A stretch of DNA of 64,000 nucleotides, taken from NCBI GenBank assembly GCA_963820525.1, contig CAWGAA010000003.1, positions 128,001 to 192,000 of the forward strand. Reading direction: 5' to 3'. Shown one piece after another: positions 11,681 to 21,941 of this stretch. Position 1 is the stretch's first letter. Every line of letters begins with the position of its first letter. The position numbers and the translations under genes are program-made. A model generated the notes under the pieces. The model worked only from the letters and a program-made list of their open reading frames with translations. It was not told the DNA's origin and made no database searches. This DNA comes from an uncultured Spirochaetota bacterium (GTDB lineage: Bacteria; Spirochaetota; Spirochaetia; SZUA-6; Fen-1364).

Positions 11681-12615
11681 ATTCCGCTCTCCTCCCTGCT
11701 CTGCAAGGAGAACTGCGCGATCGTGAAGATCAGGGAGAGGAGGAAAATGACCACCCCGACCGCCGCCGCGCTCCAGTACTGCCAGTTCACGAAGCCCTGG
11801 TTGTACAGGATGATGCCGAGAGTCTTGGTGGCATCGCCGGGGCCGCCCCGGGTCATCAGGTAGGGCAGGTCGAAGAGCTTCATGCTGCCGATCGTCATGA
11901 GGACGGCCAGGATCCTCAGGGGATAGGAGACGATCGGGAGGACGATGTGCCGCGCGTAGTGCCATCCGCTGGCGCCGTCCAGCATGGCGGCTTCCTTGAT
12001 CTCGGTGGGTATCTGCTCGATGCGCGCCATGAGATAGATGATCGGAAATCCCGTGTACGTCCACGTGGCCACGATGAAGACGGCCCAGAAGGCGATCGAT
12101 TGATTGCCCAGGAAGTCGATGTTCCCGAGCCATGTAAAGCCGATCTTTCTGGCGAGCGTGGGGAGCACACCATTGGTGTTGGAGAAGATGAAAATACCCA
12201 GCATGGCCGTGATGGCCGAGGGCATGACATTCGCAAGGTAGTAGATGGCGCGCAGCGACTTTGTGATCCTGTTCTTGTAGACGATGAGGGAGAAGGCGAT
12301 GAAGAAGGCCAGCGGGAGCTGGACAACCACGCTCACGACTGCCCACTGGAAAACGTGGAGCAGGGCCTGGCGAAACTCGTTGTTGCCGAAGAGGAACTTG
12401 TAGTTGTCCAGCCCATTGAAGGTGGCCTCCCCGAGCCCCGCCGACTTCATGAACGAAAGACGGAAGGTTTCGACGATGGGGTAGTACATGTACACGACAA
12501 GAGCGGCCAGCGCGGGAAGGAGCATGAGCGCGATGAATATCGAGCGTCGGGGATCACGGCTCCTCCTGGCCCTGACGGCTAAAACCTGTGCCTGTGTCCC
12601 GGCAATGCCACTCAT
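11608..12615 (-). CDS. Carbohydrate ABC permease (MalF-like)
   Basis: GLDNY, EIKEAAMLDGASGW, KLFDLPYLMTRGGPGDAT. The true stop is probably near 11680. Confidence 0.9.
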   Translation of the reverse strand: MSGIAGTQAQVLAVRARRSRDPRRSIFIALMLLPALAALVVYMYYPIVETFRLSFMKSAGLGEATFNGLDNYKFLFGNNEFRQALLHVFQWAVVSVVVQLPLAFFIAFSLIVYKNRITKSLRAIYYLANVMPSAITAMLGIFIFSNTNGVLPTLARKIGFTWLGNIDFLGNQSIAFWAVFIVATWTYTGFPIIYLMARIEQIPTEIKEAAMLDGASGWHYARHIVLPIVSYPLRILAVLMTIGSMKLFDLPYLMTRGGPGDATKTLGIILYNQGFVNWQYWSAAAVGVVIFLLSLIFTIAQFSLQSREESGMNDIIHDRDGTVAASNPAASSRPS

Positions 12616-12663
12616 TTCGGCTCACCTCCGCAGCTTCAAACAATAGTTTCTTTATTGGATTTG

Positions 12664-12705
12664 AAAAAGGGGCGAAAACCTCAAAACCGGCTTTCGCCCC
12701 AAAAA
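12664..12705 (-). terminator. Hairpin plus U-tract between the solute-binding protein and permease genes
   Basis: GGGGCGAAA...TTTCGCCCC stem followed by TTTTT on the minus strand. Confidence 0.7.
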
Positions 12706-12723
12706 CGTCTTCGGACGCGATCT

Positions 12724-13977
12724 TTACTTCACCGCTCCCATGTTCTGGGTCGCAAGGGCCTCGAACTTGGTGAGCTCGGCCTTGACGTCGGTGCCGGGGA
12801 TGAAGAAGGTCTGGATCATGTCGTTCAGCGGCGTGGTCACCGCGGGGGGCAGGTTCTGGTCCCACCAGAACTGGACCAGCTTGGCCTTGCTGAAGACTCC
12901 CGCGGCCATCTCGGTGAGCGGGGAGGGGGCCTTGACGCCGGGCATTGCGGCGACGCGGCCGGGTTCCGCCGAGCCCGCGTCCGCGCTCATGGCGTACTTC
13001 ATGAACGCCACGACCGCCGCCTTCTTGCTCTCCGCCTGCTTGGTCGCCGCGAAGCCGATGTCGGTCATGCCCATGACGTCGGTGACGGGACCCTTTCCGC
13101 CCTTCATTGCGGGGAAGGCATAGAAGCCCAGGTCCTGGTCCGTGAAGTCCTTGCTGGAGTACTGGGCGCACATCCAGGAGCCGGTGACATGCATGCCGGC
13201 CTTTCCCGTTGCCATGAGCTGCTGGGCATCACCGTAGCCTTCACCCAAAGGCTTGTCGCCGAAGTAGCCCTTCTTCACCCAGCTCTGGTAGAGCTGAGCG
13301 GCCTTGACGAACGGATCGCTGTCGAACCTGACCTTCCTTGCAGCGGCCCGGGTGAACATGTCCCCGCCGCCGAAGCGGTCCACGAAGTACATGTAGAGGT
13401 GCAGCGGGGGCCACTTGTCCTTGGCGCCGCAGGCAAAGGGCTGGATGCCCTTGGCCTTCAGCGTATCGGCCACCTTTTCGAACTGGTCCACGGAGGTCGG
13501 AACAGTAAGGCCGTTCTCCTTGAAGATGCCCTCATTGACGAAGACGCCGCGATGGCGAAGAAAGGCGCCACGCCGTAGATTTTCCCTTTCCAGGTCATGG
13601 CGTTCTGGGCCGCGGCGCTTCCGGGAACGCTTTTCAGCTCGGCCGTCAGGTCCATGAGCCTGCCCGCATCGGCGTATCCGCCCATGGTGGATCCACCCCA
13701 GCTCTGGAAGATGTCGGGCATGCCGCTGCCGGCCGCCATGGCGATCTTGGTCTTATCCGACAGCCCCGGGTCTCCCAAAGGCACGTAGTCGAGGGTGATA
13801 GTCGGGATTGTTTTCCTGGAACTGCTTGATCAATGCCGTCACATAGGCGTGATCCGGCTCACCGTCGGCGAGGTCCCTGCCCCATACGGTCAACTTTACC
13901 TTCTGTGCCGCTGCCGGCATCGCAACGATGAGGCAGCAGGCGACAGCCACCAGTGCGAATAAAACACGTTTCCTCAT
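12724..13977 (-). CDS. Sugar ABC extracellular solute-binding protein (family 1), frameshifts near 13785 and 13545
   Basis: Signal peptide MRKRVLFALVAVACCLIVAMPAAA; MPDIFQSWGG, GKIYGVAP, LKAKGIQPF, GKAGMHVTGSW in three consecutive frames; GGAGG RBS. Confidence 0.85.
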
Positions 13978-14089
13978 TGCTCTCCCTCCTCTCGGATATT
14001 TGGGAAGCCGGACGGCACGCCTCCGGCCTTCCCTCAAGTGACAGCCTACCCCAACCCTGGGGAGGCTGAAATCGGACAAAGGCCGAATT

Positions 14090-14117
14090 CCGGGATAGGA
14101 TGTATTACCTATCCCGG
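14090..14117. promoter_or_regulatory. Perfect 10-bp inverted repeat upstream of the ABC operon, candidate response-regulator site or terminator
   Basis: CCGGGATAGG-atgtatta-CCTATCCCGG, overlapping the stop codon of the response regulator. Confidence 0.5.
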
Positions 14118-14764
14118 CTCTGGACCCATTTGACCGCGAATCTTCGAAGAACGCCGGCCCCATCGATGCGAAGCTTCTCCTTGATGTGGTCGCGATATGC
14201 ATTGACGGTCTTGACGGAGAGGTTCAGCCCCTTGGCGATCTCCGCCGCCCCATAGCCCTGGCCGATGAGCTCCAGCACCTCCAGCTCCCTGTCGCTCAGG
14301 CGGTCCACGGAGGGGGCCTCGGCCTCTTCGCGGCGGCTGAACACGGTCTCCAGGAGGCGGTCGCGCATGGCGGCGGAGACGTAGATCTTTCCCGACAACA
14401 CGGTCTTGATGGCATCCAGCATGACGGATGCGGCTTCCTGCTTCATCACGTAGCCTCGCGCGCCCGCCTTCAAGGCGCGCTCCGCGTAGAGCACCTCGTC
14501 GTGGATCGAGATGATGAGCACCAGCACCTGGGGGTGCGCCGCCTTGAGGGTCTTCACCAGGTCCAGCCCGTTCTGCCCGACGAGCGATATGTCCACCAGG
14601 GCGATGTCGGGGACCGCCCGCTCGAGAGCGGCCAGCGCTTCGCTCATTGAACCGGCCTCGGCGCACACCTTGTAGCGCTCTTCGCTTCCTATCAGGGCAA
14701 CGAGCCCCTGGCGGAAGACGGGGTGGTCGTCAACGACGAGGAAGGTGACCGGTTTCGCCATCAT
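14105..14764 (-). CDS. NarL/LuxR-family response regulator
   Basis: VVDDHPVFRQG, ALVDISL, GARGYVMK, LSDRELEV..LSVKTV HTH. Confidence 0.95.
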   Translation of the reverse strand: MMAKPVTFLVVDDHPVFRQGLVALIGSEERYKVCAEAGSMSEALAALERAVPDIALVDISLVGQNGLDLVKTLKAAHPQVLVLIISIHDEVLYAERALKAGARGYVMKQEAASVMLDAIKTVLSGKIYVSAAMRDRLLETVFSRREEAEAPSVDRLSDRELEVLELIGQGYGAAEIAKGLNLSVKTVNAYRDHIKEKLRIDGAGVLRRFAVKWVQSRDR

Positions 14765-17163
14765 GATCCTCCTTGCGCGCCGGGGATCCTGCATGCCACG
14801 CGCGTACCCGGCTCCAGCCGCTCGATACGAAGCTCCGCACCGGCCATTTCAGCGCGGTAGCGCATGATGCGAAGCCCCATGCCGTCCGGGGGCATGGATT
14901 CGGGCAGCCCCTTGCCTCCGTCCGTCACCTCGGCGATGAGAGCGGGGGAAGCCCGGAGGTCTCCCCGCACCTTCCGATCCTCCCGATAGAGCCTGACCTC
15001 CACGCGTTCCGAGCCGGAGTGCTTGAGGGCATTGGTGAGCGCTTCCTGGACGATGCGGTACACCTGCAGGGCGCCGTCGGTGTCGGGGAGCCTGAAATCC
15101 GGTGATGCGCGGAAATCGATGGCCGCCGAATGGTTCCGCCTCGCGGCCTCCACCAACTCTTCGACGGCCGCTACCAGCCCGTGCTCCTCGAGCCCCGCGG
15201 GGTAGAGCCCCCGGGCGATCTGTTTGGCCCTGACAATCGAATCCTCCAGGAGGTTTCCGATCTTGTCGATCGAGCTTACCGCCGCGGAGTCCGACAGCCC
15301 GCCGCGCAGCACCGAGGCGAGCATCGCGATCCCCGCCAGGTGCTGGCACAGATCGTCGTGGAGGTCCTGCCCGATCCTCTGCATGGTGCGGTTGGAGGTC
15401 TCGATGACTTCGTGCTCCAGCCGCCGCCGCCGCTCGATCTCCCGGGTGAGCTCGCTGTTGGTCCGCGTCAGCTCCACGGTGCGGCGGGCCACTTCGGCCT
15501 CGAGGCGCCGCTCATGCGAGCGCACCTGCTCCAGGAGAAGCGCTCCCTTGAGGGCGCTCGCCACCTGCTCACGGAGGGTATCGTACACGGCCGGCTCCTC
15601 CGCTCCGCCGGGAAGAACGATGAACCCCAAGGGCTCATCCTGGAACACGAGCGGCTCGAGGACCCAGTACCCTCTCTTCCACGACTTCTCCAGGCCTGAG
15701 GGGAGAAGATGCGCCGTGGGGAAGGCCAGCCCTCGGGGAGGGAGCGCTTTCGATCGCTTCGATCGGGGGGCCATGATGAGGCGCGACCTCCTGGCGGGAA
15801 GGCGGCCGCCTTCGAAAAGCGCGAGGTATCCTCCCTCGATGCCCAGGCGCGCAAGACCCGCCTCCAGGCGGCCCAGCATCACGGGCAGCTCGAATGCGCC
15901 TGCCAGCGAGGCGCTTATGGCCCGAAGCGTTGCCAGCCTCTCCTCGGAAGCGACCCGCCGGGCGGCCTGCAGGCGGCTTTCAGTCTCACCGACAAGGACC
16001 CTGGCAAACTCGTAGAGAGACGAGGGAACCCCGCAGCCGATGCCGCGCGGGTCCGCCCTGTGACGGACTATGGAGAGCATGTCGTTCCATTTCCCGGGAT
16101 TGCCGCCGTCCAGAGCCGCGGCCGCCAGCGCGGAATTGAAGCGGGAGACAAAGCCCTCCTCATCGCGCTTTTTGGCGAGGGCCGCAAGCTCGGAGATGGC
16201 GCGCCTGTCCGCGGCGGTGATGGAGCGCGGGGGAGAAGTAAGCTCGGCGTCATAGCTCTGCCTCGGCGGGCAGCCGCAGGACTGCCGGATGGCGGGCACG
16301 CAGGTGAGGACGCGATCGCGAGGTTTTCGCCCGTCCATGAGATCGAGGAGCGCGTCCACCGCGGAGCACCCCAGCTCATGGAGGGGCTGTGTAACCGTGG
16401 TGAGAGGAGGCGTGACGTACCTTCCCTCCTCGATGCCGTCGAACCCCACCACGGCAACGTCCTCGGGAACGCGCATGCCCGCCTCTCTCAGGACGTCCAA
16501 GGCCCCCAGCGCCATTCGGTCGTTCATGCACACAAGCGCATCGAAGCGGGGACCCGCCCGGAGCAGCACCCGGGCAGCTTCCGCCCCGGACTCCCGGACG
16601 AAGGTGCCCTGCACGGCCAGCCGCTCGTTGAAGGAGACGCCGTTCTCCGCCAGGGCCCCGAGAAAAGCTCGAAGCCGGTCCTCGGCTTCGGCGTGGCCGG
16701 GCGGGCCGCCGATGAGAGCGAAACGAGAGCGGCCGTGGTCGCGCACGAGATGGCGGACGACGGCGGCGACCCCATTGGAGCCGTCCGCCGTGATGCTGGG
16801 TATTCCCGGGACTTTCAGGCCTATCGACACCCGCGAAATTGCCCGTCGGGACGCGAAAAAGCGTTCCAGTCCATCAGCGCTCAAAAAGGTTGAGATGGCG
16901 GAGGAGACCACAATGAGCCCGTCCACGTTCCCCCGGTCCGCGATGCGGTACGCCACGTTCGCCGCGGCCTCCGACTTGATGGGTGAATCGACGCGTGAGC
17001 CGAGGAAACATACGACACCCACGCCCCGCCTGCGGGAGCGCGCTTCGATTCCGCGCCAGACCGCGATCTGGTAGGCGTCATCCAGCTCGGCCGTGAAAAC
17101 GCCGATCATCCGCTCGGGGCGGGCTGGGCGCGTCCCTGCTCCGCTCGAGCGAGAGCGCTTCAC
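14761..17163 (-). CDS. Soluble histidine kinase with N-terminal LacI-type sugar-binding domain (HisKA_3)
   Basis: CMNDRMALG..RVPEDVAVVGFD..PPLTTV..RQSCGC, then RIGQDLHDDLCQ, YRIVQEALTNALKH, DGGKG, GMGLRIM. No TM helix seen; start uncertain. Confidence 0.9.
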   Translation of the reverse strand: MKRSRSSGAGTRPARPERMIGVFTAELDDAYQIAVWRGIEARSRRRGVGVVCFLGSRVDSPIKSEAAANVAYRIADRGNVDGLIVVSSAISTFLSADGLERFFASRRAISRVSIGLKVPGIPSITADGSNGVAAVVRHLVRDHGRSRFALIGGPPGHAEAEDRLRAFLGALAENGVSFNERLAVQGTFVRESGAEAARVLLRAGPRFDALVCMNDRMALGALDVLREAGMRVPEDVAVVGFDGIEEGRYVTPPLTTVTQPLHELGCSAVDALLDLMDGRKPRDRVLTCVPAIRQSCGCPPRQSYDAELTSPPRSITAADRRAISELAALAKKRDEEGFVSRFNSALAAAALDGGNPGKWNDMLSIVRHRADPRGIGCGVPSSLYEFARVLVGETESRLQAARRVASEERLATLRAISASLAGAFELPVMLGRLEAGLARLGIEGGYLALFEGGRLPARRSRLIMAPRSKRSKALPPRGLAFPTAHLLPSGLEKSWKRGYWVLEPLVFQDEPLGFIVLPGGAEEPAVYDTLREQVASALKGALLLEQVRSHERRLEAEVARRTVELTRTNSELTREIERRRRLEHEVIETSNRTMQRIGQDLHDDLCQHLAGIAMLASVLRGGLSDSAAVSSIDKIGNLLEDSIVRAKQIARGLYPAGLEEHGLVAAVEELVEAARRNHSAAIDFRASPDFRLPDTDGALQVYRIVQEALTNALKHSGSERVEVRLYREDRKVRGDLRASPALIAEVTDGGKGLPESMPPDGMGLRIMRYRAEMAGAELRIERLEPGTRVACRIPGAQGGS

Positions 17164-17474
17164 TGCCGAACGAGGGCCGCGGGCTTTTTTGGGGGACGAT
17201 GCTGTATATCGAACGGAAGCGGCCAATCCTTTCGCCCTTTCGCCGGAAAGAAGTCTCGCCGCGTATGGTCGCCGGCTCCACGGCGGGGGCTGGCGAGGAC
17301 GGAGGGCTGATCTCACCTTGGCAGGTGAACGCACTGCGGGCCGAAGAGAGCCCTGTCCAAGGCACCCTTATGATAACCCCTTTGGCCGCGAGACGAAACC
17401 GGTTGAAGACCGGTACTGTCCTTCGGCATCGACACCGGCCCGCCATAGGTCAATTGACCGATACCCTCGGGCCC

Positions 17475-19646
17475 CTAGTAGGGAAGCTCCTGACGCCGGC
17501 CCCGAACCTCGAACTCGGCGCTGAGAACGGCCGTTCGCGCGAGAGCCTCGCTCCTGGGATCCGGCTGCCTGCCGCCGAGAGAGAGGCGGAAGCGGCCGGG
17601 CTCGAGGATCCGCCTCCCCTCATTGTCGATCAGCGCCATCTCACGCGCCGATATCGAGAAGGAAACCCTCCTCGTCTCTCCGGCCGCCAGGGTAACGCGG
17701 GTGAAGCCCACCAGCCGCCGCAGGGGGACGGGCACCGAGGCCTCGAGGTCCGTGAGGTAGAGCTGCACGGTTTCCTCTCCACCGCGAGACCCCACGTTGG
17801 AGACCTTCGCCGATACGGCGAGAGGCCTGCCGGCCGGCACCGTGGCGCCGTCCAACGTCAGCTCCGAGTAGCGGAAGCTGGTGTAGGAAAGGCCGTATCC
17901 GAAGGGGTACAGCGGCTCCGCCTCCATGTAGCGGTAGGTCCGCCCCGCCATGGCGTATTCGCTGAAGGGGGGTAGCTGGTCAGTCGATGCGACGAAGGTA
18001 ACGGGGAGGCGGCCGGAGGGGCTGTGGTCGCCGAACAATATGTCGGCGACGGCCGCCCCGCCCTCCTCGCCCGGATACCAGGCCAGGAGCACGGCGCGCG
18101 CCAGCTCCGCCTCGCGAGCCACCGCGAGGGCGCTCCCGCTCATGAGCACGAGCACGACCGGCTTGCCTTTCGCGGCCACGGCCTCGCAGAGACGCCTCTG
18201 AATCGCGGGAAGCTCAATGCGGACCCTGTCTCCCTGCCATTGGGTTTGGGCGGCGGACCCCTGCTCCCCCTCGAGCCTGTTGTTCAGCCCCAGGACTAGC
18301 ACGACGGCATCAGAGCGATCCGCCGCGGCAAGGGCCTCGGCGAATCCGTCATCCGCCTTCTCGCTCCATTCGTAGCCGCCGTCCCTGGCAACGTCCGCCC
18401 CCGGGGAGTACAGCACCCGGGTCTCGGGAGTAACGGCGCGGCGGATGCCCTCCAGGATGGTGACCGACTTCGATGGGAGCCCGTTGTAATTGCCCAGAAG
18501 GACGTCCCTGTCGTCCGCGTTGGGGCCAATGACGGCGATGCAGCCCAGGTCCTTTCTCAAAGGCAGGAAGCCTCCCTCGTTCTTCAACAGGACCAGCGAT
18601 TCACGGGCCGCCTGCCGGGCGAGGCTCCTGTGCTCCGCGCAGTCGATCTTCTCGTAGGGAATGCGTGCGTAGGGAACGCGCTCCGGCGGGTCGAACATTC
18701 CGAGGCGGAACCTCACCCGAAGCAGCCGCGCGAGCGCCCGATCGATCTCCCCCTCCCCGATCAGCCCTTTATTTACTGCTTCGATAAGGGAAGGGAAGAC
18801 CATGCCGCATTCAAGGTCGCAGCCGTTGTTCACGGCAAGGGCCGCGGACTGCTCGGGTGTGCTGGTCACGGTGTGGTGGGCGTGGAAATCGAGAATGGCC
18901 CCGCAGTCCGACACCACGTACCCCTGGAACCCCCATTCCTCTCTCAATATCTTTCCCAGGAGGGTCGGGCTGGCGCAGCAGGGTTCTCCGTTGGTGCGGT
19001 TGTAGGCGCCCATAACGGACTCCGCCTTTCCCTCCACGACGCAGTCGCGGAAGGCGGGAAGGTAGGTTTCCCGAAGGTCCTTCACGCTCACGCGCGCGTC
19101 GAAATGGTGACGAAAGGCTTCCGGACCGCTGTGCGCCGCGAAATGCTTCGGCGTGGCGGCCAGCTTGAGGTACTTCGGGTCGTTGCCCTGGAGACCCTTG
19201 ATGAAGGCCACTCCCATACGGCCCGTGAGGTGCGGATCCTCCCCGTAGGTTTCCTGGCCCCGGCCCCAGCGCGGGTCACGAAAGATGTTGACGTTGGGGC
19301 TCCAGAAAGTGAGACCATGGTACTGGCGGCGGTAGCCCTGGCGGGCGAACTCATGGTGCTTGGCCCGGGCTTCGTCCGATATGGCCGACGCCACCCTGCC
19401 CATCAGCTCCGTATCGAAGGTCGCGGCCAGCGCGATGGCCTGCGGGAAAACAGTGGCGACGCCCGCCCGGCCCACGCCATGGAGGGCTTCGTTCCACCAG
19501 TTGTATTCGGGGATGTCGAGACGGGGGATGGCCTTGGAATCATAGACCATCTGGGAGACTTTCTCCTGAAGGGTCAGCCGACCGAGCAGGTCCTGCACGC
19601 GCTCATCGAGCGGAAGGTCGGGGTCGAGGAACGGGAACTTCGGCAT
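17475..19646 (-). CDS. GH3 beta-xylosidase/beta-glucosidase
   Basis: YNWWNEALHG, FWSPNVNIFRDPRWGRGQETYGEDP, KHFAAHSGPE, YVVSDCGA, YPFGYGLSYT, FnIII-like tail. AAGGAGG RBS before MPKFPF. Confidence 0.93.
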   Translation of the reverse strand: MPKFPFLDPDLPLDERVQDLLGRLTLQEKVSQMVYDSKAIPRLDIPEYNWWNEALHGVGRAGVATVFPQAIALAATFDTELMGRVASAISDEARAKHHEFARQGYRRQYHGLTFWSPNVNIFRDPRWGRGQETYGEDPHLTGRMGVAFIKGLQGNDPKYLKLAATPKHFAAHSGPEAFRHHFDARVSVKDLRETYLPAFRDCVVEGKAESVMGAYNRTNGEPCCASPTLLGKILREEWGFQGYVVSDCGAILDFHAHHTVTSTPEQSAALAVNNGCDLECGMVFPSLIEAVNKGLIGEGEIDRALARLLRVRFRLGMFDPPERVPYARIPYEKIDCAEHRSLARQAARESLVLLKNEGGFLPLRKDLGCIAVIGPNADDRDVLLGNYNGLPSKSVTILEGIRRAVTPETRVLYSPGADVARDGGYEWSEKADDGFAEALAAADRSDAVVLVLGLNNRLEGEQGSAAQTQWQGDRVRIELPAIQRRLCEAVAAKGKPVVLVLMSGSALAVAREAELARAVLLAWYPGEEGGAAVADILFGDHSPSGRLPVTFVASTDQLPPFSEYAMAGRTYRYMEAEPLYPFGYGLSYTSFRYSELTLDGATVPAGRPLAVSAKVSNVGSRGGEETVQLYLTDLEASVPVPLRRLVGFTRVTLAAGETRRVSFSISAREMALIDNEGRRILEPGRFRLSLGGRQPDPRSEALARTAVLSAEFEVRGRRQELPY

Positions 19647-19699
19647 GGCTCCTCCTTGATGAATGAGCTCCTCAAATGTCATACCAAACCTTTTCGCTC

Positions 19700-20408
19700 G
19701 CCGCAAGAAGAGGTTCGGCCCTGCCGCCGGGACGGGGAGCCTGCTCGTGGTAAGGGCCCCCCGGGCATGTGCCACCTGGAAGAACAGGCCGAAATCCGAA
19801 TTGAAGATGCGGCCCAGCCTCGAGATGACCTGGACAATGATGACGAAGGAGAGCAGCGGCAAAATGATGAAGCGGATCGTGTGGCGGCGGCGCGCTCCGT
19901 CCAGCGCCGCAACCTCGAAGTAGGTCGGATCGATGCCGGCGATCGCGGCGGTATAGATGACGCTGCCGACCCCCATGTATTTCCAGAGATTCACGAAGAC
20001 GAGAATGAAAGGCCACGCGGCAGGGGTGCGATACCAGTTCAGGGGAGCAATGCCGAGCGCCGGGAAAAGGCGCGTGTTGAGCAGGCCGAGCTCCTGGGAG
20101 AGAAGCGTCCCTGATAGAACCGCGCGAACCGCGCGGCCCGAAGACTGTCAAGGCCCAGCGCCACGGCAACGGCCACGGCGTTTCCCAGAAGAATGAAAAC
20201 CAGGTTGTAGAGCACCGTGTTTGTGGTGATTATCCAGATCGCCCTGCCCAGCACGAGGTACTCGAAGTTCAGGTAATTGAAGATGATCAGCGCGATTGCC
20301 CCCGGCACGATCATGCTGGCCAGGCCGAGATTGACCGTGCGCTTTCCGGCCTGCCGCGCGGGCTGAGGCTGCCGATCCTGAATGCCTGTCTTTTCTGAAA
20401 CTTTTCAT
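19700..20408 (-). pseudogene. Eroded LplB-type sugar ABC permease
   Basis: Fragments IIFNYL|NFEYL..NTVLYN, NWYRTPAAWPFILVFVNLWK, AGIDPTYFEVAALDGA, GRIFNSDFGLFFQV, with two internal gaps and a 3' truncation. Confidence 0.75.
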
Positions 20409-20626
20409 TCTTCCCCCCGCACCGCGTCGGTGACCCACGCCAAGATCCTCGAAGCCGGAAGTCTTCCCGCGAAATCGAGCGCTTCCTCGCAGCCGTGGGC
20501 CTCTCAGGCGATCGAATGATTCAGTTGTGTTATACTAGCTGAGGCGCAATATTGGAAGGGGTCGGGCAGGGCACCGTGTGCTCCCCCGCTTGACTCCCCA
20601 TCCCTCCAGGGTGGACATTCTCACTC

Positions 20627-21881
20627 ATGGACAACCCCAAGCTGCGCAATGTCGAGGTCATTCCCGTGCGGGATGACATGTTCGCGCTGCGCGACCCCAT
20701 GCGCTATACGGACAAGATCCTCATGGTGCCGGGAGCCGTCCTCGCCGTCATTTCCTATTTCGACGGGAGACACTCGATGCTGGACGTCCAGTACGAGTTC
20801 ACGCGCAAGTTCGGGGACATCCTCTTCCAAGAGAAGCTCGCCCAGATCATCGAGAGCCTCGATGCCAACGGCTTCCTGGAAAGCGAGAGCTTTGCCGAGC
20901 GCCGCAAAGCCATCGATGACGGGTTCGCGGCCGCCAAGGTTCGGCAGCCGGCCCACGCGGGAGGCGGCTACGAGGCGGAGCCCGAGAAGCTTCGGGACCG
21001 TCTCTCCCGGTATTTCATGCAGGCCGCCGGAGGCGCGGCGGACGGCGGCTCGCGCCCCGAAGCCGCCGGAAGCCTGCGCGCGATCATTGCCCCGCACATC
21101 GACATGCAGCGCGGCGGGACCTGCTACGCCAACGCGTACGGTGAGGTGAGACGCTTGAGCCGGGCGAACACGATCGTGCTCCTCGGCATCTCGCACGTGG
21201 AGACGAGAAACCGCTACGCCCTCACGGAGAAGGATTTCGCCACGCCCCTGGGGAACCTCGCCACCGACGGGGAAGCGGTGCGGAGGCTTGTCTCCGCCTG
21301 CTCGTTCGATCCGTTCCAGGACGAATCGGCCCACAGGTTCGAGCACTCTCTGGAGTTTCAGACCGTCTTTCTCAGGTACATATTCCCCGAGCGCGACGAG
21401 CTCCGGATCGTCCCCATCCTCTGCGGTCCGCTTCTTCCCGAGTTCACCACGAGAGGCTCCCCCCGGGACGAACCCGCAGGTGGCATCCTTCATCGATGCG
21501 CTCACGGGGCTTCTCGCTGAACGGAGGGACGACGTGCTTCTCATCGCCGGCGCGGATCTCTGCCACATCGGGCGGCGGTTCGGCGACACGCAGCCTTTCA
21601 CGGAGGAGTTCGTGAGCACGGCGCAAAAAGCCGACGGCAGGATGCTGGAGCGGGTCACCGGCGTGGATGCCGAGGGGTTCATGAAGTTCATCCAGAAGGA
21701 ACAGGACGGGCGAAAGGTCTGCGGAGTTCCGGCCATCTACACGCTGCTCTCGGCATTGAAGCCGGATGGGAAGACCGCCGAACAGGACGTTCATGGCAGC
21801 CTGCTCTCCTACGACATGGCGGTGGACCAGGAGGGGCAATCCGCCGTCGGATTCGCCGCCGTCGCGTTCGCCGGTATTTGA
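20627..21881 (+). CDS. MEMO1-family (AmmeMemoRadiSam protein B) with N-terminal winged-helix extension, frameshift near 21460-21475
   Basis: RQPAHAGGGY, IIAPHID, LLGISH, FATPLG, HRFEHSLEFQ, IAGADLCHIGRRFGD, VCG. Confidence 0.88.
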
Positions 21882-21941
21882 CCGCTCCATCGGCTTCGGG
21901 GTACATTGACTGCGGGCGCGAGCGCCGCCAGAGGTCCAGCG

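Noticed and set aside
17475..19994. Permease-GH3 fusion protein (839-aa ORF)
   Set aside because: The 5' part is a decayed permease remnant; GH3 has its own RBS and ATG at 19646.
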